Of a stretch of 64,000 bases of DNA, positions 1 to 9,524 are shown one piece after another. The position numbers and the translations under genes are program-made. Location: NCBI GenBank assembly GCA_902826065.1, contig CADEDM010000003.1, forward strand, positions 8,045-72,044, in the 5' to 3' direction. The notes beneath the pieces were generated by a model. The model ran no database searches and was not told where the DNA came from. It was given only the letters and a program-made list of their open reading frames with translations. Numbering within the stretch: the first letter of the stretch is position 1; every line of letters begins with the position of its first letter. This stretch comes from an uncultured Acidobacteriota bacterium (GTDB lineage: Bacteria; Acidobacteriota; Vicinamibacteria; Vicinamibacterales; UBA2999).

Positions 1-1
1 G

Positions 2-121
2 GACAACTGGGAGCTGGCCGTCTACCCGGTCGAGAACCACGGCTTCCTCGAGCCCACGAGCTGGGCCGACGAGTACCGCCGCATCCTGAAGCTGTTCGAG
101 ACGACGCTGAAGAAGAAGTAG
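2..121 (+). CDS. C-terminal fragment of an S9-family/alpha-beta-fold serine peptidase (5' end outside window)
   Basis: The frame is open from the window edge and reads [39 protein letters not shown]. This is the E-x-HGF catalytic-His tail typical of prolyl oligopeptidase-like hydrolases. Stop TAG at 119-121. Confidence 0.45.
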   Translation, partial: DNWELAVYPVENHGFLEPTSWADEYRRILKLFETTLKKK

Positions 122-124
122 CGC

Positions 125-841
125 TCAGTCCGGGCGCGTCTTCTGCGCGGCGTCGAAGCGGGCCTTGTGCTCGGAGTTCGGGGGATACAGGCCGGGCAGC
201 GGCACGCCGGCCTGCACCTCGCCCATGATCCACTCTTCGAGCCGCTCCTGATCGACGGCGAGCGCGGTGACCTCGGCGACGAGCGCGGCCGGGATCACCA
301 CCGCGCCATCCTGATCGGCCACGATCACGTCGTCCGGGAAGATCGCGACGCCGCCGCAGCCAATCGGCTGCTGCCAGTCGACGAACGTCAGGCCGGCGAC
401 CGACGGCGGCGCCGCCACGCCGGCGGCCCAGATCGCCAATCCGGTTGCGAGCACGCCGGCGACGTCGCGCACGACGCCGTCGCTGACCAGCGCCGCGACG
501 CCACGTGTCGCCATGCGTGCGCACAGGATGTCGCCCCAGAAGCCGGCGTCCTTCACGCCGTTCGCGTCGACGACCGCGATGCAGCCGGCCGGCATGTCCT
601 CGATGGCGGCGCGCGTCGATGTCGGCGAGCTCCACGACGCCGGCGTCGCCAGATCCTCGCGCGCCGGGATGAAGCGCACGGTGAACGCGCGTCCCGCCAC
701 GCGTGAGCTGCCCTGGCGCAACGGGAACGCGCCGCGGATCCAGACGTTGCGCAGCCCCTTCTTCAGCAGCACCGTCGTGAGCGTGGCGGTGGTGACGCCG
801 CGCAGGGCGGCGATGATGGCGGCGTCGTCGGGCGTGGACAT
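125..841 (-). CDS. RraA-family protein (4-hydroxy-4-methyl-2-oxoglutarate aldolase / RNase E regulator-like)
   Basis: 238-aa ORF with ATG at 841. RraA-like pattern includes TATLTTVL..G, GDILCARMATRGVAALVSDGVVRD and GGVAIFPDDVIVADQDGAVVIP. Confidence 0.8.
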   Translation of the reverse strand: MSTPDDAAIIAALRGVTTATLTTVLLKKGLRNVWIRGAFPLRQGSSRVAGRAFTVRFIPAREDLATPASWSSPTSTRAAIEDMPAGCIAVVDANGVKDAGFWGDILCARMATRGVAALVSDGVVRDVAGVLATGLAIWAAGVAAPPSVAGLTFVDWQQPIGCGGVAIFPDDVIVADQDGAVVIPAALVAEVTALAVDQERLEEWIMGEVQAGVPLPGLYPPNSEHKARFDAAQKTRPD

Positions 842-875
842 CGGGGCTCCGGAGGGCGATTCCTCCTCACATTAT

Positions 876-3284
876 CTACTCGGCCCTCAGCGAGGCCACC
901 GGTTCGACGCGTGAGGCGCGAATGGCCGGCACCGCGTAGCCGAGAAACGCCACCAGCGCCAGGGCCACCGGCGCCGCCAGGAACACCGCCCCGTCGGTGG
1001 CGCTGACTTCATACAGCAGCCCGGCGACGACACTGGAGGCAGCCCACGCCATCGCCAGGCCGGCGGCCAGTCCGATGACGGTGAGCCGCGCGCCTTCGCC
1101 GAGCACGAGGCCCATGAGCGCCCGGCGCGACGCGCCGACGGCCGCGCGCACGGCGAGTTCGCGTTCGCGTTGCGCCACCGAGTAGGACAGCAGCCCGTAG
1201 ATGCCGACCGCCGCCAGCGCCAGGGCGAGCCCGCCGAACAGCACGCTGAGCCACGACAACAGGCCCGACGTCCGCGTCGCCGTCTCGACGACGTCGTCGA
1301 ACGTGCGCACGGCGCCGATGGCGACGTGCGGCGTCATGCTGGCCAGTTCCTGGCGGATCGCGCCGGTCAGGGCGGTGGGATCGCCCTCGCTCCGCACGAC
1401 GTAGCTGAGGCCTGCGAAGGGCACCTGCCGAAACGGCGCGTGCACCTCGGGATCGGAAGGCGCGTCGGGGCGTCGCGACCGGACGTCGGCCACCACGCCG
1501 ACGACTTCCCGCGGCGGAGCGTCGCCGAAGTACTCGACGCGCAGCCGCTGGCCGACCACGTCGGCGGGCGCCAATGCCGGCCACAACCGCGACGCGAGCG
1601 TCTGGTTCACGACCGCCACCGGCGCCGACTGCGGCCCGTCGCGATCGTCGATGGCGCGGCCCGCGAGCATCCGCAGGCCCATCGTCTCCGCGTAGCCGTC
1701 CATGACGACGCGCACCTCGGTGACGGGCACGCCGTCGCGCTCGCCGGTCTGGTCCGTCCGGCGCACCGGCCCGTTGTTGCCGGTGTTGGCGATCGGCAGC
1801 ATGTTGATCGCCGACGCGTGGGTGATGCCCGGCAGCGCGCGCACCCGCCGGACGAACTCGTCGTGGAAGCGCAGCACCGCGGCATCGCCGTCGGCGACGA
1901 ACGGCGGCAGGCCGACCGAGAACGTCAACACCGGCGCGCGCGTCATGCCGAGGTCGGTGGCCTGCAGCCGCAGCAGGCTCTTGACGAGCACGCCGGCGGT
2001 CGTGATGAGGGCCAGCGCGAGCGCGATCTCCGCGGCGACGAGCACCCGGCCGAGTGCCCGCGCCCGGCCGGCCGTGGCGCCACGGCTGGCGCCGGCGCGT
2101 ACGCTCGCGTTCACGTCACCTCGCACGACATGGAGGGCGGGCACCAGTGCCGCAGCCACGGCGGCGGCGACCGCGATGACGATGGCCATGGCGAGCACGC
2201 CGAGGTCGAGGCCGATGGCGGCGAGGCGCGGGAAGTTGGGTGGCGCCAGCCGCACGAACGTGCCCAGCAACGCCGACGCGAGCGCCGCGCCGAGCACGCT
2301 GCCGATCAGCCCGAGCGCCACCGTCTCGCCGACCACCAGGCCGACCATCTGCGCCCGGCCGGCCCCGAGCGACGCGCGGATGGCGAGGTCGCGTTCCCGC
2401 GTCACGGCCCGTGCCAGCAGCAGGTTCGCGACGTTGGTGCACGCGATGACGAGCAGCAGGACGGTGGCGCCCAGCAACACCCACAGTCCGCGGGTCGCGC
2501 CCTCGGTCACGACCTCGTGCAGCGGCCGCACCGTGAACGTGTAGCGGTCGTCGGCGTGCTCGCGTGAAAGTTGCACCGCGAGGTCCGCCATGGCGGATCG
2601 GGCCGCGCCCAGCGTCATGCCCGGGCGCAGCCGGGCCACCGTGGAGAGGTAGTTGCTGCCGCGGTTGAGCGGATCGGCCGACGGCGCCACCGGGATCCAC
2701 GCCTCGAAGCGCCACACCTCCGCGACGCTGGCGGGCACGACGCCGATGATCGTGTAGGGCTCGCCGTCGATCTGCACGCCGCGGCCGATCGCGGCCGGCG
2801 AGGCGCCGAAGCGGCGGCGCCACAGGCCCTCGCTCAGCAGCGCCACGCGCGCTGCGCCGCGTCGATCGTCGTCGCCGGTCAGCAGCCGGCCGGCGACCGG
2901 CGTCACGCCCAGCACCTGGAAGAACGACGCCGAGATCAGCGCGCCGTTGACGCGTTCGGCGCCGTCGCCTGCCACAAGCGTCACGCCGCGCGGCGCCCAG
3001 ACGCCCACATCGGTGAACGCACGCTGGCCGGCGCGCCAATCGAGGTGGCGGCCATACGAGGCCGATCCGTAGGTGAGGGCGGGCAGCTCGCTACGCCAGA
3101 TCTGGACCAGGCGGCTCGAGTCGGCGAACGGCAACGGCGCCAGCACCACGGCCTGCACCACGGTGAAGAGCGCCGTCGACGCCGCGATGCCGAGCCCCAG
3201 CGTCACGACCACCGTCCACGCCATCCCCGGCGAGCGCCGCAGCAACCGGAAGCCCTGCACGAGAGGCGAGAAGGGGCTCGTCAT
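876..3284 (-). CDS. ADOP-family duplicated FtsX/MacB-like permease, without the N-terminal prefix domain
   Basis: The ORF runs 876..3353 from a GTG. An ATG at 3284 gives the typical start MTSPFSPLVQGFRLLRRSPGMAWTVVVTLGLGIAA. It has two FtsX-type TM bundles and the C-terminal signature VEPVASLRAE*. Confidence 0.85.
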   Translation of the reverse strand: MTSPFSPLVQGFRLLRRSPGMAWTVVVTLGLGIAASTALFTVVQAVVLAPLPFADSSRLVQIWRSELPALTYGSASYGRHLDWRAGQRAFTDVGVWAPRGVTLVAGDGAERVNGALISASFFQVLGVTPVAGRLLTGDDDRRGAARVALLSEGLWRRRFGASPAAIGRGVQIDGEPYTIIGVVPASVAEVWRFEAWIPVAPSADPLNRGSNYLSTVARLRPGMTLGAARSAMADLAVQLSREHADDRYTFTVRPLHEVVTEGATRGLWVLLGATVLLLVIACTNVANLLLARAVTRERDLAIRASLGAGRAQMVGLVVGETVALGLIGSVLGAALASALLGTFVRLAPPNFPRLAAIGLDLGVLAMAIVIAVAAAVAAALVPALHVVRGDVNASVRAGASRGATAGRARALGRVLVAAEIALALALITTAGVLVKSLLRLQATDLGMTRAPVLTFSVGLPPFVADGDAAVLRFHDEFVRRVRALPGITHASAINMLPIANTGNNGPVRRTDQTGERDGVPVTEVRVVMDGYAETMGLRMLAGRAIDDRDGPQSAPVAVVNQTLASRLWPALAPADVVGQRLRVEYFGDAPPREVVGVVADVRSRRPDAPSDPEVHAPFRQVPFAGLSYVVRSEGDPTALTGAIRQELASMTPHVAIGAVRTFDDVVETATRTSGLLSWLSVLFGGLALALAAVGIYGLLSYSVAQRERELAVRAAVGASRRALMGLVLGEGARLTVIGLAAGLAMAWAASSVVAGLLYEVSATDGAVFLAAPVALALVAFLGYAVPAIRASRVEPVASLRAE

Positions 3285-3423
3285 GGGCGGTTGGACGGCC
3301 GTGGCCGCATCCGGGTTGACGGGCCCGCACCACCACCCGTCCCCAGCGGACACAACCTTTCGGCGGCGGCGCTCGTCTAATGCCTCGAATACCGAGAGAA
3401 GTCACGATTACCTAGGAAAATCG

Positions 3424-3750
3424 ATGGGAACAGATAGCGCGCTCATCAAGGGCACCCTCGACCTGCTCATCCTCAAGGTGGTCTCGCTGGAGCCCATGCA
3501 CGGCTGGGGGATCGCGCAGCGCATCCAGGGCATGTCGGGCGACACGCTGCTCGTGCAGCAGGGCTCGCTGTACGCCTCCCTGCATCGCCTGACCCGCGAG
3601 GGCTGGATCGCGTCCGACTGGCGCGACACCGACCTGGGCCGGCGAGCGCGGTTCTACACGCTGACCGCGGCGGGACGGCAGCAACTCGACGCCGAGATCG
3701 GGCACTGGACGCGCCTCTCGCAAGGCGTCGCCCGAATCGTGAACGCGTAG
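3424..3750 (+). CDS. PadR-family transcriptional regulator (acidobacterial type)
   Basis: 108 aa with ATG at 3424. Winged-helix PadR motif: KGTLDLLILKVVSLEPMHGWGIAQRI...GSLYASLHRLTREGWI...RFYTLTAAG. Confidence 0.93.
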   Translation: MGTDSALIKGTLDLLILKVVSLEPMHGWGIAQRIQGMSGDTLLVQQGSLYASLHRLTREGWIASDWRDTDLGRRARFYTLTAAGRQQLDAEIGHWTRLSQGVARIVNA

Positions 3751-3781
3751 CAGGGCCGGGGACCAAGCCCAGGGAACACGC

Positions 3782-6403
3782 ATGTCGCGAGTCACCGATT
3801 TTCTCTATCGCGTTCGCACCCTCGTGACCCGTCGCCGCGCGGAGCGCGACCTCGACGACGAGGTTGGCTTCCACCTCGCGATGGACGAGCGGCAGCTCGT
3901 CGACCGGGGCTGGTCGCCCGACGCGGCTGCGGCCGAGGCGCGCCGCCGCTTCGGGCACGTGCCACAGGAGACGCGCCGCGCCCGCGACAGCTGGGGCCTC
4001 GGCGCCGTGCTCGACGCCGTGGGCGACGCCCGCGTCGCGCTGCGACAGTTGGCCCGCCGGCCCGGTTTCACGGTGTTGGGCGTGGGCACGCTGGGGCTCG
4101 GTGTCGGTGCGGCCGTCGCGTTGTCGAGCGTCGCGCTCGGCGTGCTCGTCCGGCCGCTGCCGGTGGCCGATGAGGCGCGCCTGCAGGTGTTCTGGAGCGA
4201 CTTCAACTGGACCGGCATCGAGTTCGACTTCGTCAAAGACCGCCAGCGCGCGTTCTCGAACCTGGCGGCGTTCTCGAACGAGGGCTACACGCTGCGGGTG
4301 AACGAGCAGAGCACCGCGGTTGTCGCCACCGTCGCCTCGGCGGAGCTCTTCGACGTGCTGGGGGCGCGCCCCCTGCTGGGCCGCACGTTCCAGAAGGGTG
4401 ACGACCGTCCGGGCGCGGCCGCGATCACGGTCGTGAGCTACGGCTTCTGGCAGCAGGAGCTGGGCGGCGATCCGGCCGTGCTCGGCCGCCGCATCGAGAT
4501 CGGCGGCGACCCCGTCGAGATCGTCGGCGTGATGCCGCGCGGGTTCTACTTTCCGTCGCCGACGTTCCGAATCTGGCGCCCGCTCGATCTCGATCCAAGC
4601 AGCGATCAGTACAAGGGCAACGGCTGGCTGGTGCTGGTCGGCCGCGAGCGGCCGGGCCTGACGCCCGGCGAACGCGACGCCGACATCCAGTCGCTCGCGC
4701 GGGCACTGGGCGAGCGCTTCAAGTACCCGCAGGCGTGGGACAAGGCCAGGAACCCGTCGGTGACGCCGCTGCGCGACTACACGCGCGGCGCCGTGCGGCC
4801 GGCCGTGCTGCTGCTGCAGGTGGCCGTACTCGTGGTGCTGGCGATCGTCTGCGCGAACGTCGCGGCGCTGGTGCTGGCGCGCACTACCGATCGGGCGGAG
4901 GAGTTGTCCCTGCGCGCCGCGCTCGGCGCCGGGCGCGGCCGACTGGTGCGGCAGATCGTCGTCGAGTCGCTGGCGCTGTCAAGCCTCGGCGGACTGCTCG
5001 GCGCCGTCGTCGCCGTCGCCGGGTTCCAGGCCCTGGTCGCCCGTCTGCCGCTCGGCGATGGGCTCGACCAGACGCTGGCCGTCGACTGGACGCTCTTCGC
5101 GGTGGCCTGCGCTCTCTCGATTGGCGTCGGCCTGCTGGTGTCGCTCGCGCCCGTGCGAGCGTTGGTGCGTGGCGAGCTGCGCGGGCCCGGACGCCTGCGC
5201 GGCACCGGCAGCCTGGCCGCGGCTGGACCGCGGCGCATGCATGCGGCGCTGGTCGCGATCGAGGTCGCGCTGGCGGTGCTGCTCGTCGCCGGCGGCACCA
5301 TGTTCACGCGCTCGGTGGCGCGCCTCTACGCCATCGACACCGGCTTCGACGCCACCAACGTCGCCGTCTTGAACGTCGTCGCGCCGAGCCAGCAGATGGC
5401 GGCCCCCGCGCGGGCCGACTTCTTCGACCGTCTGCTCGAACGCGCGCAGGGGCTGCCCGGGGTCGCGGCGGCGGGGCTCATCACGCGGCTGCCGCTGCGC
5501 GACGGCGGCTGGCAGGGCACGGTGACGATCGAGGATCGGCCCGACCTGACGGGTGGTCGCGAACCAAACGCCCTGTTCCGCATCGTGTCGCCGGGCTATT
5601 TCCCGGCGATGGGCGTCGCGGCGCTGAAGGGCCGCGCCTTCACCGCAGCGGACGGCGCCGGCACGCCGGCCGTGGCGATGGTCAGCGCGGCGTTCGCCGA
5701 GCGCATGTGGCCGGGCCAGGATCCGGTCGGGCGGCGCATCCGCCATCGATTCGGCGACGGCGAGACGGTCACCGTCGTCGGCGTGGCGGAGGAGACCCGC
5801 ATGACACGGCTCACCGGCGACAACCCCAACGTGCTGTACGTGCCGCTGGCACAGTCGACCGCGCCCGAGGGACCGGTGATCGTGGTCAAGGGAAACGGCG
5901 CGCCGCCGCCGCTGGCCGACGTGCGCGCGCTGGTGCGCGAACTCGACACGCGGGTCGCGACGGTGCAGGTGTCGACCCTCGACGCCGTGGTTGCGGCCGC
6001 GGTCGCCGAGCCGCTGCGGTTGCGGTTCTTCCTCTCGCTGCTGGGCGGGCTGGCGCTGGCCATCGGCGCCGTCGGCATCTACAGCGTCGTGTCGTACTCA
6101 GTGACACGGCGGCGCGCCGAGTTCGGCGTGCGCCTCGCCCTGGGTGCCGCGCCAGAGCGGATTCTGTCCGACGTGCTGAGGTCGGGACTGACGCCGGTCG
6201 CCCTGGGCGTGATTGCCGGTATCGGTGGCGCCCTCGCCTTCGGATCGACGGTGCGGCGGTTCCTCTACGGCGTGGAGGCGACCGACCCGGCGAGTCTGGC
6301 CATCGCGGCCGCGGTGCTGCTCGGCGCGGGGCTGCTCGCGGCGCTGGTGCCGGGCGTTCGGGCGGGCCGCACCGACCCGGTGACCGCGCTCCGGGCGGAA
6401 TGA
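3782..6403 (+). CDS. ADOP-family duplicated FtsX/MacB-like permease with N-terminal helical prefix domain
   Basis: 873 aa. Prefix region reads DLDDEVGFHLAMDERQLVDRGWSPDAAAAEARRRFG, followed by LRQLARRPGFTVLGV. Two FtsX halves, ending TDPVTALRAE*. Starts 31 nt after the PadR gene. Confidence 0.9.
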   Translation: MSRVTDFLYRVRTLVTRRRAERDLDDEVGFHLAMDERQLVDRGWSPDAAAAEARRRFGHVPQETRRARDSWGLGAVLDAVGDARVALRQLARRPGFTVLGVGTLGLGVGAAVALSSVALGVLVRPLPVADEARLQVFWSDFNWTGIEFDFVKDRQRAFSNLAAFSNEGYTLRVNEQSTAVVATVASAELFDVLGARPLLGRTFQKGDDRPGAAAITVVSYGFWQQELGGDPAVLGRRIEIGGDPVEIVGVMPRGFYFPSPTFRIWRPLDLDPSSDQYKGNGWLVLVGRERPGLTPGERDADIQSLARALGERFKYPQAWDKARNPSVTPLRDYTRGAVRPAVLLLQVAVLVVLAIVCANVAALVLARTTDRAEELSLRAALGAGRGRLVRQIVVESLALSSLGGLLGAVVAVAGFQALVARLPLGDGLDQTLAVDWTLFAVACALSIGVGLLVSLAPVRALVRGELRGPGRLRGTGSLAAAGPRRMHAALVAIEVALAVLLVAGGTMFTRSVARLYAIDTGFDATNVAVLNVVAPSQQMAAPARADFFDRLLERAQGLPGVAAAGLITRLPLRDGGWQGTVTIEDRPDLTGGREPNALFRIVSPGYFPAMGVAALKGRAFTAADGAGTPAVAMVSAAFAERMWPGQDPVGRRIRHRFGDGETVTVVGVAEETRMTRLTGDNPNVLYVPLAQSTAPEGPVIVVKGNGAPPPLADVRALVRELDTRVATVQVSTLDAVVAAAVAEPLRLRFFLSLLGGLALAIGAVGIYSVVSYSVTRRRAEFGVRLALGAAPERILSDVLRSGLTPVALGVIAGIGGALAFGSTVRRFLYGVEATDPASLAIAAAVLLGAGLLAALVPGVRAGRTDPVTALRAE

Positions 6404-6413
6404 GGGTGCGCCC

Positions 6414-7709
6414 TCAGCGCAGCGCGCGGAAGAACGCGCGGACGTCGTCGACCAGCAACTGCGGCTGTTCCATCGCCGCGAAGTGGCCGCCCTTGGGCAT
6501 CAGCGTCCAGCGCCGGATGTCGTAGCGCGGCTCGAGCCAGGCGCGCGGCGACCAGATGACTTCCTTCGGGAAGTCGGCGCACGCCATCGGCACGTCGATC
6601 CTGCCCGGCACCGGCGCGCTCGTCGGGTGCCGGCTCTCGTAGTAGATGCGCGCCGACGACGCGGCCGTCTGCGTCACCCAATAGAGCGTGATGTTGGTGA
6701 GCAGTTCGTCCTTCGTGAAAACCGACTCGGGGTTGCCGTCGCAATCGCACCAGGTGCGGAACTTCTCGACGATCCACGCCGCCAGCGCCACCGGCGAGTC
6801 GTTGAGGGCGATGCCGATGGTCTGCGGCTTCGTGCCCTGGATCTGCTGATAGCCGGTCTCCTCGGCCTGGAACTGATCGCGCAGCTTCACACGGGCGCGC
6901 TCCGCGTCTGTGAGTCCTGCCGTCGCGTCAGGCAACGGCGCGCCGCCGATGCACATGTTGATGTGCAGGCCCGCGACATGCGCGGTGTCGCGCGCGGCAA
7001 TCTGCGTGCTGATGATCGAGCCCCAGTCACCGCCCTGCACGCCGTAGCGGGTGTAGCCCAGGCGCGCCATCAACGCCGCCTCGACCTGCGCGATCCGCGC
7101 CGGATCGAACCCGGCCGTGCGTGGCGCCTCCGAGAAGCCGAAGCCGGGGATCGAGGGCATCACGACGTGGAACGCGTCGGCCGCGGCACCGCCGTGCGCA
7201 GCCGGCTCGGTCAGCGGGCCGATGACCTTGGTGAATTCGGCGACCGAGCCCGGCCAGCCGTGCGTCATCAGCAGCGGCAGCGCGCCGGGCTGACTCGAGC
7301 GGCGATGGACGAAGTGGACGCGCAGGCCGTCGATGGTCGTGGTGAACTGCTCCATCGCGTTCAACCGGCGCTCCTGCGCGCGCCAGTCGAAGCGGTCGCG
7401 CCAGTAAGTGACCAGCTCGCGCAGGTAGGCGGTGTCGGTGCCGAGCTGCCAGCCGGAGCCCTGCAGCGGCTCGGGGATCCGCGCCAGCGCCAGGCGGGCC
7501 TTGAGGTCCGCCAGCACGGCGTCGGGTACCTGGATCGTGAAGGGCGTGATGGCGGCGCCGTCCTGGGCGCGGCCGGCGGCAGTGGCCGGCGCGCCAGCGC
7601 CGTCGACGATTGCAACGGCGGCGAAGGCGGTCAGCCAGCCGCACGCGGCGAGCCGGAGGCCGCGTCCGCTCAGTGCCCCGCCCGATTCGTGCCGCACGTC
7701 GCCTCCCAT
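6414..7709 (-). CDS. Epoxide hydrolase (microsomal-EH-like, N-terminal EHN domain plus alpha/beta fold), probably exported
   Basis: 431 aa. Motifs: ITPFTIQVPDAVLADLKARLALARIPE, GLRVHFVHRRS, HGWPGS, GGDWGS. The N-terminus is hydrophobic and Ala-rich. Confidence 0.85.
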   Translation of the reverse strand: MGGDVRHESGGALSGRGLRLAACGWLTAFAAVAIVDGAGAPATAAGRAQDGAAITPFTIQVPDAVLADLKARLALARIPEPLQGSGWQLGTDTAYLRELVTYWRDRFDWRAQERRLNAMEQFTTTIDGLRVHFVHRRSSQPGALPLLMTHGWPGSVAEFTKVIGPLTEPAAHGGAAADAFHVVMPSIPGFGFSEAPRTAGFDPARIAQVEAALMARLGYTRYGVQGGDWGSIISTQIAARDTAHVAGLHINMCIGGAPLPDATAGLTDAERARVKLRDQFQAEETGYQQIQGTKPQTIGIALNDSPVALAAWIVEKFRTWCDCDGNPESVFTKDELLTNITLYWVTQTAASSARIYYESRHPTSAPVPGRIDVPMACADFPKEVIWSPRAWLEPRYDIRRWTLMPKGGHFAAMEQPQLLVDDVRAFFRALR

Positions 7710-7834
7710 CGCCGGTGTCGCGAGCGTGCGAGCCCGGCAGCCCGGCCATCATCGCACCGCGCAGCGGACCGCGGCCGAGCAAGATCGTGCTAGCGTCACC
7801 GTAGGTCGCGGGCCGACCTTGAATTGGTCGCCCC

Positions 7835-8752
7835 GTGAGTGGTTCCGCCGCCGCCGTGCCGATCGCCGCCCCCGACAGCACCGAGTTCGTGACCCCGCTG
7901 ATCGAGCTCGGGGCCTTCCGCTGCCCGGCGTCGCACCCGGTGTTCCACGCGCACGCCCCGACCCGCGGCTACTGCTTCGTGTTCCCCCGCCACGCGGTCT
8001 GGATCGCCCACGACGGCCAGGACCGCTTCGTGGCCGACGCCAACGTCGTGCCGCTCTACAACCCGACGCGCCCGTACCGGCGCTGGGCCATCGGCGGCCA
8101 GGCCGATCACACCGACTGGTTCGCGGTGGCGCCCGAACTGCTGCGCGAGATGGTGACCGCGCTCGATACCGGCGTGGGCGACTCGAATCCGCTGCTGTTC
8201 ACCCGCCCGTGTGCACCGTCGACTGCGTCGATCTACCTGGAGCAGCGCCAGGTGTTCTGCCGCGTGCGGCGCGGCGACGCCGATGCGCTCTATGTCGAGG
8301 AGCGAGGCGTGGCGCTGCTGGCGCGCGTGCTCGAGCTCGCCTATGGCCGCAGCTTCGACACGCCGCACCGGGCGCCGCGTCATCGCCGGCTGGCCGAGGA
8401 CACGCGCGCCCTGGTGGCGCAGTCGGTCGATCGTCCGCTCAGCCTCGGGGCCCTGGCGCGCGCGATGGCGGTGTCGCCCTTTCACCTGTGCCGCGTGTTC
8501 CGGGCCCACACCGGCGGCACCATCCAGCGCTATCGCAGCCAGCTGCGGCTGCGCCGGTCGCTCGCGCTGCTCGCCGAGGATGGCCGCGACGTGCTCGACG
8601 TCGCCGTGGCGCTGGGCTACTCGAGCCACAGTCATTTCACGCGGGCGTTCCACGCGGCGTTCGGGCTCACGCCGTCGGCGTGGCGGACCGGGCTCCACGC
8701 GGATCTCCGGCATCTCGCCGGCGTCGATCCGATCACGGGCCGCCGGGCCTGA
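7835..8752 (+). CDS. AraC-family transcriptional regulator
   Basis: 305 aa. C-terminal double HTH: LSLGALARAMAVSPFHLCRVFRAHTG...VLDVAVALGYSSHSHFTRAFHAAFGLTPSAWR. Divergent from the epoxide hydrolase gene. Confidence 0.9.
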   Translation: MSGSAAAVPIAAPDSTEFVTPLIELGAFRCPASHPVFHAHAPTRGYCFVFPRHAVWIAHDGQDRFVADANVVPLYNPTRPYRRWAIGGQADHTDWFAVAPELLREMVTALDTGVGDSNPLLFTRPCAPSTASIYLEQRQVFCRVRRGDADALYVEERGVALLARVLELAYGRSFDTPHRAPRHRRLAEDTRALVAQSVDRPLSLGALARAMAVSPFHLCRVFRAHTGGTIQRYRSQLRLRRSLALLAEDGRDVLDVAVALGYSSHSHFTRAFHAAFGLTPSAWRTGLHADLRHLAGVDPITGRRA

Positions 8753-8776
8753 CGTGCGGCACGTCGCGCCCGGGAC

Positions 8777-9517
8777 TCACGGCGCGGCCAGCACGCGATC
8801 GAGGTAGGCCGCGTACTCCTCACGGGAGTGCGCGCCCGGCCATGGGCTGCCGCGCAGCCGTCCCCGGGCATAGGCGATTACCGCCGGCGCGTGCACGAGC
8901 ACGTCGCGAAACACCAGCTCGACGGCGTCGACCACGCGCAGCGCGTCCGGCCCGGCATCGCGGCCCGCCAGGGTCGTGTGCGCGAATCGCCGGTCCGCAT
9001 CCGGCGCCAGCAGCACCGTGACGTGCGTGTCCCGCGCCGCGGCGGCGTGGCGCACGGCGTCGACGGCGTCGAGTGAGAGCGGCATGTGCGGCGACCAGAC
9101 GTAGACCACGCCTCGAGGATGCGTCGCGAGCAGCGACGCGAGGTCGGCGTCGGTGAAGCGGGGCGCGAGGGCGGCTGGCCGCGCGCGGTCCTGCGCCGAC
9201 GGCGTGCAGCGCCCGGACCAGGTGATGTCGGTCACCGTCGCCGGCGAGACGCGTGTCAGGCGCGTCGCGTCGTCGCGCACCGCCTCGACGATCCAGACGC
9301 CGAGCGTGTGCGTCGGCCAGTGGCGGACGACGGCGCCATCGGCGCCGGGCGGCTGCGGGCGCGCCGGCGCGGTCCCACCCCAGTCACGCAGTTGCTGCGC
9401 CACGGCCGCGTGACAGGCGGTCGCCGGCTGGACGGCGCGCGCCGTCGGCGACTGGGCGCCTGCGGCAAGCACGGCGAGCGCGGCGCTCCACGCGGAGACG
9501 ACGCCGGCCCGGCTCAT
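8777..9517 (-). CDS. Hypothetical exported protein
   Basis: 246 aa with ATG at 9517. Signal-like N-terminus MSRAGVVSAWSAALAVLAAGAQS. High GC3 in this frame. I recognise no motif. Starts 7 nt after the stop of the upstream gene. Confidence 0.55.
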   Translation of the reverse strand: MSRAGVVSAWSAALAVLAAGAQSPTARAVQPATACHAAVAQQLRDWGGTAPARPQPPGADGAVVRHWPTHTLGVWIVEAVRDDATRLTRVSPATVTDITWSGRCTPSAQDRARPAALAPRFTDADLASLLATHPRGVVYVWSPHMPLSLDAVDAVRHAAAARDTHVTVLLAPDADRRFAHTTLAGRDAGPDALRVVDAVELVFRDVLVHAPAVIAYARGRLRGSPWPGAHSREEYAAYLDRVLAAP

Positions 9518-9524
9518 GCCGCGG

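Noticed and set aside
3354-3423. A search for a PadR operator upstream of the first PadR gene.
   Set aside because: I found only a 4-bp-arm repeat (CTCG-N5-CGAG) and a CCTAGG hexamer. These are too short to distinguish from chance.
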